In this document: one piece after another, positions 1-11,199 of the stretch
Numbering within the stretch: position 1 is the first letter of the stretch
How the letters are laid out: each line of letters starts with the position of its first letter
The notes under the pieces: model-generated
Told to the model about the DNA's origin: nothing
What the model saw: only the letters and a program-made list of their open reading frames with translations
Database searches by the model: none
Source of the DNA: Rhynchobatus australiae
Taxonomy: Eukaryota
DNA: 64,000 nucleotides
Direction: 5' to 3'
Assembly: GCA_034780895.1 (NCBI GenBank)
Contig: JAUZTB010000127.1
Location: forward strand, 33,085,752-33,149,751
Position numbers and translations under genes: made by a program

Positions 1-1740
1 GAGTAAGAGGACAATAGGGAGCAGGTAGGAGCACTTAAGGATAAAGGAGGGAACACATGCTTGTAAAGGAGGGAACACATGCTTGGAGGCAGAAGAGATC
101 CAAATGAGTACTTTGTATCAGTATTTATGAAGAAGGATGTCGAGGAAAGGGAGATCATGTGGAGTGTGCAAATATGCTAGGGCATTGACTTAAAGCGAGG
201 TGGCTGGGTCTCTTAAAGAACATTAATATGGATAAGTCCCTAGGGCCTGATATATCACCAGGTTATTGAGATAGGCAAGAGATGAGAATGCTGGGGCCTT
301 GACCCAATATCTTTGTCCTCTCCAGCCATAGGCGAGGTCCCAGAGGACTGGTAAGTACCTATTGTTCCTCCATGATTCAAGGGAAATAGGAATATTCCTG
401 GAAACTATAGACCACTGAGCCTCACATCAGTGGCAGGGGTTACTGGAAAAGATTCTTAGGGATAGGATTTATGAGCATATGGACAACCATGGCCTAATTA
501 GGGACAGTCATCATGGCTTTGTGCAGGGCAGATCATGTCNNNNNNNNNNAAAGTAGAGCTCTGGATGTCGTCTACATGGATTTCAGTAAGGTGTTTGACA
601 AGGTCCCTCATGGGAGGTTCATCCAGAAAACTGAGATGCATGGATTTCAAAGTGAACTGGCCATTTGGATTCAGAACTGGCTTGCCGGAGAAGACGATGG
701 TGGTCGATGGGACTTATTCTGGTTGGAATTCTGTAACCAGTGCGTTCAGGAGGGATCAGTACTGGAATCTCTGCTGTTTGTGATGTATATAAATGACCTG
801 CATGAAAACATGAATGGGTGGTTTAATAAGTTTGAGGATGATATGAAAATTGGTGGTGTTGTGGATAGTGTAGAAGATTGCCAAAGGGAACAGCAGGATA
901 TAGATCAGTTGCAGATATGGGTGGAGAAATGGCAGATGGAGTTTAACCTGGCCAAATGTGAAGTGTTGCACTTCGGGAGGTCAAATGTAAAAGGGACAGT
1001 ACACTTAATGGCAAGATCCTTAACAGTGTTGATGAGTAGAGGAATCTTGGGGTCCAAGTCCATTGCTCCCTGAAAGTGGCTACACAGGTTGATAGAGTGG
1101 TAAAGGCAGTGTAAAGCAAACTTGCCTTTATTAGTCAAGGAACTGAGTTCAAGAGCTGGGAAGTTAAGTTGCAGCTATAAAACACTAGTCAGGCTGTATA
1201 TGGAGTCTGCATTCAATTCTGATTGCCCCATTACAGAAGGATGNNNNNGAAGGATGTGGAGGCTTTAGAGGGTACAGGAGAGGTTCACCAGGATGCTGCC
1301 TGGATTAGAGGGCAGGTGCTAGAGGCAGAAGTTGGACAAACTTGGGTTGTTTTCTCTGGAGTGGCAGAGGCTGAGGGGAGACCTGACAGAGATTAAGAGA
1401 GGCATAGATAGAGTGAACAGCCAGTATCTTTCCCCAGGGTTGAAATGTCTAATACCAGAAGGCATGTATTTAAGGTGAGAGGGGGCAAGTTCAAAAGGAG
1501 ACATGCAGGGCAAGTTTTTGTTATAAAATACAGAGTGGTGGGTACCTGAACTGCACTGCCAGGGGTAGTGGCAAATACGATAGTGGTGTCCAAGAGGCAT
1601 TTAGACAGGCACGTGACATGCAAGAAGTCAAGGGATTTGGACATTGGGTGGGCAGAAGGGATTAGTTTAGTTGGGCATTTGATTATTAATTTAATTAGTT
1701 CAGCATTACTTCGTGGGCCAAAGGCATTCTTCTATGTCAT
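1..1740 (+). mobile_element. Degenerate CR1-clade LINE (HER1-like): 3' part of ORF2 (RT) and 3' tail
   Basis: RT motifs DVVYMDFSKVFDKVPHGR, QEGSVLESLLFVMYINDL, KFEDDMKIGG (decayed FADD) and WQMEFNLAKCEVLHFGR in ORF 513-1073. An upstream GNYRPLSLTSV-like segment lies at ~400-432. Many frameshifts. Perfect 22-bp tandem duplication at 42-63/64-85. Confidence 0.92.
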
Positions 1741-2014
1741 ATCCATCATCCCCACCCCAGCCTTGTTTCCATCCCCATTTGAAACAAATTAGGAATAGAA
1801 ATGAGATTTTAGCCAGTCACAATTTTGGATCAGTTTACAAACAACTAAAATCCTGTACAAGCCAAATTTTCTACTCTAGAATTGGCCTCCTCCTGAATCC
1901 TCAGTTTCTTCCAGCTTCTTCCCTCTCACCCATCACCCCATCCATTCCCTCCTGTGTTACTTCTGCTACTTGTCCCCATTGCTCACTTCTGGTCATGCCT
2001 CATTCCAAGAGACT

Positions 2015-2290
2015 TGGGCAGCAAAAGCATGGAAACACCACCATCTGGAAGCTGCCTCCAAGCCACACACCATCCTGACTTGGAAATACTTAGTTATTCC
2101 TTCACCATTGCTGGATCAAAGTACTGGAACTCCCTCCCTAAAGGCATTGTAGATATATGCATCTCATGAACTGCAGCAATTCAAGGTGGTACCTCACCAC
2201 CATCTTCAAGGCCAATTAGGAATGGGCAATTAAATGCTGGCTCCGCCCATGAAGCCCACATCCCTAGAATGAATATATATTAAAAAAAAG
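2015..2290 (+). mobile_element. 3' end of a common CR1/L2-group LINE family with A-rich tail
   Basis: Sequence caccatcctgacttggaaata...ggaactccctcccta...gggcaattaaatgctggc...cccacatccctagaatgaata followed by an A-run. Short related pieces occur near 56083-56130 (+) and 49690-49745 (-). Clade assignment is from memory. Confidence 0.65.
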
Positions 2291-5200
2291 TTCAAACCTT
2301 CATGGCAAAGAACAAATGGCCTACACAGAAGTCAGGACAAAGGCCTTCCTCCCTGCAGACTTGTGTAATTTTAACAAACTGAAGAGCAAACCCTTGCAGA
2401 ATCTTAGCAAAAGCAGTTTTAATTGTGGCTGCAGACAGTCCTGTTGCATGCAATCACACGATTGAGAGAGAATGCAATAGCCAAAGAGATTGAATTTCAA
2501 AACTGCAGGGCCAGTCAGCACTGCAGGGGTTGGGCCATGATCTGCCAATTGTGCATGCTTCCAATGGACATGCGCACACTAATGCTCTCACTGATAAGGA
2601 ATTCAATGCAACTCGTCTTGCATACATCAGATGTCAAATTCCATTTGCAGCACCACAAAAAATGCACACTGACTGGAATATTGTACCCTGTATGTTTTAA
2701 AATTGAAACACATGACAGGCAAGAAGAGTATTCAGAAACAACACTCATCTTACCCTTTCATTCCACAGCTCAAACCACCTAGTGCTTTTCTCAGTATCAT
2801 GTATATGCTGTGGGTTGCTAATATACATTCAAATTCACTGGACACTATACTTCACAAAGACAAGTTCAAACTGGTTTCCTTCTGTAGGAACAGTGTCAAC
2901 AACATGGGCAATGGCAAGAAGCTTGAAGTTGAAGAGGCTACTTCCGCAGGAGGACTGCCATAAGAATAGCAAATCCTCCCAAAATAGTGGTGTCAAATTT
3001 CAGTGCACTGTATGAAATTTCCATGCAGGAACCTCTTTATCCACTATAATTTGCCTAATGCATCAAGAGTGTGGTGAAAGGGAACCTCTGTGATTGTTGT
3101 ATTAATCAGTGTCTGTGCTGAATAAGATACACACTGTACTTACAGTCTGCTGGACAAAGAATCTCACAACCAGCTTAAAAAAAACTGAAAGCAAGACACA
3201 CATTGCCCTGGTGGTACAGATGACTGGTTCTGATTATAGATTAACAAGGGCAGTCAGGAGGAGTGACAGGGACAAAACACTTAGTCATTGCTACAATGAG
3301 CTCATTNNNNNNNNNNNNNNNNNNNNNNNNNNNNNNNNNNNNNNNNNNNNNNNNNNNNNNNNNNNNNNNNNNNNNNNNNNNNNNNNNNNNNNNNNNNNNN
3401 NNNNNNCAAAACACTTTGTCATTGCTACAATGAGCTCATTTATTCACTATGGCATTTCATGTCATCTTGTTTTGATCAGCTACTTACATTCTAATTTTTC
3501 CTCCCTGCCCCACCCCCTCAACTAGTTCACCCCAAAGTCTGCTGAATTACTTCAGAAGTTAACCATAAACAAGCTAATCTGAAACTCTGCATTCAGCCTT
3601 AGTAACTGCAGGCTGTATCACCCTTTGTTAAGGACTTAGGGCATCAAGTTTACATGGTTACAAAATGTAACACAATTTTAATAGATCTTTGAAAATAAAG
3701 TTAAGCCCATGTACACTTTATACCAGTAACACACTGGTCTCGATACAAGTTGATGTCAGCAAAGAACCACCGTCATGCTGTTCAAGGTAGTGCAAGGCTT
3801 CACAAGTCAGACAGCATCTTGCACATATATTGTGTGCATTGTTGAAATTGGTCCTTTTAGTAAATAGTTTTTCCTCAAATCTGCTCTTTTCTGGAGACAG
3901 AAGTAGACACAAACTCATAGGTTGACATTAAGTAAGTGGCACACCAGAACCCAGATTGTGTGTTCTGATATTATTCAAGAAAGCTGATGTTTATATCCAC
4001 AGTTTTTTTAAAACTGGTTGTGCCCTGTTTATGAGCCTGATAGTATCACTAAATGAGCCCTAGTCCATTGCTGGAAAGTTCCATTCTGGGAATAACTTTC
4101 CCTCTCCAGGCCACATCCAAGGTTACAAGAGAGCAAAGGGGTATCTGGCCTCTGTCGCATCTCCATGTGGAGCACCTCCATGTAATGTTAGTTACAGAAC
4201 TGTTACAGGGTCAATTATCAGTTTATCAAAACCACACAGAATTCAATAAAGCTCTTGAAATACTATTTCGATATGCCTTTCACTTTCAGCCTATGAAAGA
4301 GCAAAACATCAGTTAAATTGTCCCTCATTGTGAATGAAGGCCTCTTTCTGCAGTGACAGTGGGTTCTATTTTGAACAGGGTGCAATGAATATAAAAGTTT
4401 AACTTCCATATATCTGAATTATCTTAATGACATCACTGGAGCCAGGGGGTCGGTGAAATTAAAGCCAGGCAGCCAAGGCAAGTGAAGCCAGGGAACTAAG
4501 TCTAAAATAAGCCATTAGCACAGACATTATGTTACAATGATGTAACGCCAAACGTCTACACAAATACTGCCCTTGCAGGCTGCCATTATTCTCAGAGTTC
4601 CAGTCAATATTGCTGGCCTTGATGTTTAGCCAATTTTCAAGTTAAATTGCGAGGGGAGGTTGTCCATCGTCCAAGTTCCTTGCAATTTCTCTTAACTACA
4701 AACGTGCCCCAAAACACCAGCTTGGGCTCATGTTGGTTTGTTATCAACCACCAGGAGGTGCACAGGTCCAACCAGGTTCCCCAAAAACTGGGAGAGAAAA
4801 GGAGATAGCCAGCTTCATTGGTGGTTAACAGGTTCCTGGGATCATAGCAGATTGGTGCATAATGATTATGTGGTGCAGAAGCTACATAAAGCACACAGTT
4901 ACATGCCTCAACTTCAAGGAAGATCCATCCTGGAGCAGCTCTGATCCATCCTGCAAGTTACCAATGATAAGAACAGAAAAGTTGGAAACACTTAGGTCTT
5001 GGGAAAGAGAAACAGCTAAATGTTTCAGGAACCCTTCCTCAGAACAATTTGCAGCAATTTTAAACATTTTCATTTACTGCAAGTTGGATGCCTGATCTGT
5101 CAGACATTCAATGGTGCAAGTGGTTTGTCCCCAATCTGATGACCATTTTTGGCCATTTACTAATCAGTAGTAGTAGCACCAGTTATCCAAGGAAACAATG

Positions 5201-5981
5201 TACATAAACCGGGGTTTTGATTCCCCAGCACTAATCCTGCATTCCTAGCCCACACAAATATTTACTCCAATTTGGGGGGGGGGAAAAACTCAATGAACCC
5301 ACTCTGTTCCACTGATCAGAGGAAAAAGGGTAGTGGGAATTCCAAAGTCCGTTCCCACCAATAACCTTAATGTTTTATTCCCTCATGCATGGCATTGTAC
5401 TGTAGTTCAACATTTTAGGGCACAGAGGCACCATTTAAAATGCAGTTTCCCCTCCCCCACAAAAAAGGGTCAATGCAACAATGTCTTTTGCAGTTGAGCC
5501 TGCAACTGAAGTACCCAGCTCAACCAAGTTTACACAAGTTTCACCATTACTAGCTACAGCACACTGTTCCCTGCCATGCACCCAGATTGTACTGTACTGA
5601 GACAGTCATGAATCTGATGTCATGGTATAAATGTGACTGAAAAGTTGGGAGGGCACTCAAGTCACATGATCAAAATGTCTCCATTACAGAAATTTTACTG
5701 GTATGTAGCACAGGTATCAAGTGGAGAGGTATCTTTTTTATGAAAGTCATTCTGTGCGACTACTGTCACCACACTGAAAAATAAACATTAAAAATCCTCC
5801 ACTGAAACTCCATTCTCATTATCTCTCTTACATTTTAGAAATAATTTGCCTTAAAGACATTGTCAGAAAGAGCTGGATAAATACTTCTAAAGGAAGAATA
5901 TACAGGGATCTGAGAAAAGGGCAGAGTACTAGAATGTTTTGAATAGCCCTTTCTGGGAGCAGGCATGGCATGATGAGCCAA

Positions 5982-7704
5982 TTTGGTTTATTATTGTCAC
6001 ACGTACTGAAGTACAGTGAACAACTTGTCTTGCATACCAATCATGCAGATCAATTCATTACAACAGTGCATTGAGGTAGTACAAGGTAAAACAATAACAG
6101 AATGCAGAATAAAAGTGTTACAGTGAAAGTGCAGTGCAGGTAGACAATAAAGGTGCAAAGTTGTAACAAGGTAGATGAGGTTGAGATCAACTTATCATAA
6201 TAGGGAACCATTCAATACTTTCTAATAGCAAGATAGAAACCGCCCTTGAGCCTGGTGGTACATAATTTCAGGCTTTGGTATCCTCTACCCAATGGGATGG
6301 GTGAAGAAGAGAATGTCCAGAGCGGGTGGGGTCCTTGATTAGGTTGGCTACTTTACCAAGGCCGTGAAAAATGTGGACAAAGTCCATGGAGGTGAGGCTG
6401 GTTTCTGTGATGTCCTGAGCTGCGCCCACAACTCTGTAGTTTCTTGCGGTCACAGGCAGAGCAGTTGGCATACCAAGCCATGATGCATCCGGATACGATG
6501 CTTTCTATGGTGCATCAATAAAAGTTGGAGGGTGTTAAAGGGGACATGTCAAATTTCTTTAGCTCCTGAGGAAGTAGAGGCACTGGTGAGCTTTCTTGGC
6601 CATGGCATCTACGTTGTTGGACTAGTCAATGACTAGCTCTTTTGTTTTGATGATAGAGGGAAAATTCATTATCATGACAATATGGCACTAGGCTCTATCT
6701 CCTTCCTGTAATCTAACTCATTGTTTCTTTTAAGAACAAAAATATCAGCCTAACAGGAGGTATCATCTACAAACTTGAAGATGGAGTTAGAGCAAAATCT
6801 GGCCATGCAGTTGTATTTATAGGGAGTAGAGCGCTGAGGATGCAGCCTTGTGGGGCACCAGTNNNNNNNNNNNNNNNNNNNNNNNNNNNNNNNNNNNNNN
6901 NNNNNNNNNNNNNNNNNNNNNNNNNNNNNNNNNNNNNNNNNNNNNNNNNNNNNNNNNNNNNNNNNNNNNNNNNNNNNNNNNNNNNNNNNNNNNNNNNNNN
7001 NNNNNNNNNNNNNNNNNNNNNNNNNNNNNNNNNNNNNNNNNNNNNNNNATCTTTACTGTCCAGATACTCCAGAGATGAGTGTAGGGCCAGGCAGATGGCA
7101 GCCACCATTGACATGTTTTGGTGGCAGAGATTGCAGTTGAGGTTGTCTGGGAGGCTGGAGTTGATGCGTTGCATGACCAGTCTCTCGAAGCACCATGATG
7201 GTGGATGTCAGAGCCACTGGGCAGTAGTCATTAAGGAATGTTACTTTGCCGTTTTTTGGTACTGGGATGATAGTGGTCTTCTTATAAGCAGGTGGGAACC
7301 TCAGATTGAAGCAGGGAAAAATTTTAAAAGTCTGCAGGTACCCCCGCCAACTGATCTACACAGGATCCAAGGACATGGCCAGGGACACCATTCAGGCCAG
7401 ATGCTTTCCGCAGGTTCACTCTCCAGAAGACCGATCTTGCATGTGCAATGGTGACTGTGGGTTCAGGTGCATTGGAGGCTGTCAGGGTGGGTGGTGACAA
7501 AACAATCCCCTTCTCTTCAAAACATGCATAGTATCATGTTCATCAGGAAGTGATGCGCTGTTGTCAGCAATGCTGCCAGACTTCATTTTGTAACCTGTTT
7601 ACAACATGCAAGCCTGCTACAACTGAAGGCTGGTCTGGGACCCTATTTTGGACTGGCATCTCTGATAGCCTTAGAGGTTTTATCTTGATTTCTTGTATAG
7701 GTCA
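5982..7704 (-). mobile_element. Rex1/Babar-like LINE: RT region and 3' end (degenerate, gap inside)
   Basis: Minus-strand translations AICLALHSSLEYLDSKD, TGAPQGCILSALL and CITAWYANCSA, plus a decayed KFVDDT segment near 6760-6780. The 3' end reads gtgacaataataaacc on the minus strand. Confidence 0.85.
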
Positions 7705-8490
7705 CCAAGGAGCGGGGCCTTGATGACGCTGAGGACAGTGTTGTTAAGGTTAATGTTCAAGAGCATGTTGATATCAAAAGGATGTGTTGAAGCTGTTAGA
7801 AAATATTAGGACGGATAAATCCCCGGGGCCTGACAGAATATTCCCCAGGCTGCTCTGTGAGGCGAGGGAGGGCATTGCTGAACCTTTGGCAAGGATCTGA
7901 GTCCTTGTCGTCCACAGGAATGGTTCCGGAGGATTGGAAGGGGGCAAATGTTGTCCCCTTATTCAAAAAGGTACTAGGGATAGTCCAGGGAATTATAGAC
8001 CAGTGAGCCTTACATTTGTGGTGGGCAAGCTGTTGGAAAGGATTCTTAGAGATAGGATCTATGGGCACTTAGAGAATCATGGTCTGATCAGGGNNNNNNN
8101 NNNNNNNNNNNNNNNNNNNNNNNNNNNNNNNNNNNNNNNNNNNNNNNNNNNNNNNNNNNNNNNNNNNNNNNNNNNNNNNNNNNNNNNNNNNNNCAATGCT
8201 CAATACAAGAGGGCATGGCTTTAAAGTAATGGGTGGGAAGTTCAAGGGAGATATCAGAGGGAGGTTTTTTGCCCAGAGAGTGGTTGGGGCATGGAACGTG
8301 CTGCCTGGGGTGGTGGTGGAGGCTGGTACATTGGTCAAATTCAAGAGGTTACTAGATAAGCACATGGAGGAATTTAAAATAGAGGGATATGTGGGAGGAA
8401 GGGGTTAGATAGTCTTAGGCAAGGTTAAAAGTTCAGCACAATATTGTGGGCCAAAGGGCCTGTATTGTGCTGTACTTTTCTATGATTCTA
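7705..8490 (+). mobile_element. CR1-clade LINE fragment inserted inside the Rex1/Babar-like element
   Basis: PGNYRPVSLTFVVGKLLERILRDRIYGHLENHGLIR, then a 100-N gap, then TRGHGFKVMGGKFKGDIRGRFFAQRVVGAWNVLP. CR1 tail ggccaaagggcctgtattgtgctgtacttttctatgattcta. Confidence 0.92.
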
Positions 8491-8930
8491 CAAGGTTAGG
8501 GTCACCCAATTTGAATGCTGCCGTCCTAGACATCAGTGGGGAGTGGATCTCCTGGCTCATCCATGGTTTCTGGTTAGGGAACAACCTGGATTGTCCTATT
8601 TGGTCCACAGTCCTCAACACACTTGCTGATAAAGTCTGTGACAGTGGTGACATAATTATCTAGGCTGGCAGCTGAGTCTTTGAACATGGACCAGTCCATT
8701 AACTCAATGCAGTCACAGAGGCTCATCTATTTCCTCAGACCAGCACTGTACAACTTTCTGTATTGGATCCTCCCTTTCAGCTTCTGTTTGTACGCAGGGA
8801 GAAGTAGCATAGCCTGGTGGTCTGATTTACCAAAGTGTGGGTGGGGGGAGGTGGCTCAGTAGGCATCTGATGGTTGTGTAGCAATTGTCAAGGATCAAAT
8901 GGCCCCCTTCTGAGCTCTAAGATTCTAACA
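8491..8930 (-). mobile_element. Rex1/Babar-like LINE: upstream continuation (endonuclease end and linker)
   Basis: Minus strand reads PHFGKSDHQAMLLLPAYKQKL, DCIELMDWSMF, FPNQKPWMSQE and AAFKLGDP. These are colinear with the piece ending at 7704. Confidence 0.85.
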
Positions 8931-10524
8931 ATGCAGTTTCTCCAAGCACCAGCAACATTCCAACTTAAATTCAATGTTTCCAGGCCACACAAGAACTAAT
9001 CTTAGCATGCACAGTTCAAGATTCATTGAGAGAAACCACAGCAGGAATTTGTTAGACTGAATGTGTGAAGTATTACCATCTTTGGTTAGCTTTTTAAAGG
9101 TAACTCCTTTGATAAAGAATAGGCCTGAACATTTAATACAGTACACAGCCTTGTACTGTAGAACTATTGCCATCAAGACCACAACAACTGGATAGAGTGG
9201 AATACTCAGGTTTGATTCATTCTGCCCCAACTGCTCCTGTGCACAAAATGCTGCACTTCTTCATCCTTTTTCTTAAAATAAAAAAAATTGACAATCAGTC
9301 CTTGAGTAATTGAAAACTTCAGCTGGTGTGGGGCTGCTGGGAAAGCCAAACACTTTTTAAGAACAAATCCTAGTCAGAAAAAGTTCACAAACCAATCACA
9401 CTATGTCAGCAAATGGTGTTAATGCAGAGTCAGCAGCAGGCTGGTGGGTGCAGCAACTCAATGTTGGACTCCCATTCAGGGAGAGTGACTCATTAGGGAC
9501 ATGGCTCTCAGCTAGGCAGCCGCTGGCTTACAAACTTCACTACAATTGCTATTCTGCATCTTGGAGGGTGGATAGAGAAGGGAAGAGGGCAAGACTGCCA
9601 AATCCATTGAAATGAGAATCTGCTGCAGGCCAGCTACTGAAGAATATCAAACAAAGCCCACAGATTCAACTCTCATCAGTAAAGGAATATGTGATTCAAG
9701 CAAAAAGAAGAAAGGAACAATAACAACAGTTGCCCAAATAACTGTCATGAGGAATGCTGAAAGGCAATCAATCAAAATGATATGTGGTACAGTATGAGAG
9801 ACTGAAATCCAAGTCTGTAGCAAAGTAATCTAAAACTGGAACCTACAGTAAGCACCACAAACACCATTCCCATCCTGTCAGTGAACTATGTTCAGTTGTT
9901 CTATTATTAGATGACTTGAGAATCTCCAGAGATAAACTGAGAAACAAAACATATTATACCAAACAACCCTTAGCACCAAGCTTTGCCCAAGCCAGAGATC
10001 TGCAGCCAAGTCCCTCTTTCAAACTAGCGAAGGTTCCAGAGTTCATGCCTCCAAAAATTCAGATAATGAAATTACAACTTCTAAATACCTAAATTCTCAT
10101 AAATAGTGAGCCAAAAGACAAACATTAGTTCAAATTTCTTATTGTACAAAGCTATTATTACACAGTGCAATATTTTCATTTCCAGGCAGAACACTTTAGC
10201 TTTGAGTTTAATATAAATGTATTGTTTATTGTTTTGATGGGCAGGAAAAACATTGAAATATTTTATGGCCAGTATTAGCATCATCAATAATGCTGCTAAT
10301 GCAAAGATATATTGGCATATTCTTAAAAACCCATCTCCCTTGATACCTTGAAATGGAACTAACAGCCTCTAAATGAATAATTTAGGAGTACTTCCAATGA
10401 ACTCAGATTATGCCAGGTGGATCAGGAAAAACACCACACATATACTTAGAGCCACCTCTCACCCACTTTTTACTGAACTGAACCAAAATCAACTGAACCA
10501 TAATCTACAGTGAAAGCACCCTGA

Positions 10525-10618
10525 TTTTTTTTATATATATATATAAAATAATATTATATCTTATGTAATAATGTTATAATATCTTTTTTATATATATACA
10601 TCTATATATATATATATG
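10525..10618. repeat. (TA)n-rich low-complexity microsatellite
   Basis: Several interrupted tatata runs. Confidence 0.85.
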
Positions 10619-11199
10619 AATGAGCAAGGTCACTAATCCCTAGTTCCTGTCTAGTCACAGTCAAGGTCACCACTTAAGATATACAAAACAACTTCAAAGA
10701 AAAAAAGGTTCAATTTATTTTTTCCCCAAAAACAGACTGATTTCAGGTTTGGCACTGGAATACAAGTTAGGTAGTCAACCAGAAGCTTGTGTGTTCTAGC
10801 CAGTCGTAAAGACCAATTCTCAGAGATCTGGCTGGAAGACACTGTTTAAAATGGACTGGAAGCACCTGTCTAATAGGTGAAGACAACAGGTGGCCTTTGC
10901 AGAGAAAGTTTGAGGTGAATACTGCAGTCAGGCTCTGATGATAGAGGATAACCATCATTTTGAAACGAGCACTCCATTATCTCTTAGCACTTGCGACCTT
11001 GCAGTTCGAATTAGAAAAAGGTCAGGTCAAGCAGCCAGCAAACTAAAATCCCGTTTCACTTGGCTTTTGGTGGGCAAAAGAGAGCATTTAAAATTCCCCA
11101 AGTTCCAAATTTCTAAGAGCTCAATTGAACATTAAGATGCAGACTCCGTCTCAATATCTCAGGCACTGCAAGCTGCCATTCAGAAATATACACTCTAAG

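Noticed and set aside
513-1073. 186-aa ORF as a functional reverse transcriptase gene
   Set aside because: Decayed CR1 fragment with an altered FADD motif, internal deletions, frameshifts and Ns.
3273-3440. 34-bp direct repeat on both sides of a 100-N gap (one mismatch)
   Set aside because: Overlapping contig ends, probably two haplotypes left unmerged. An assembly artefact, not a tandem repeat or CRISPR-like unit.
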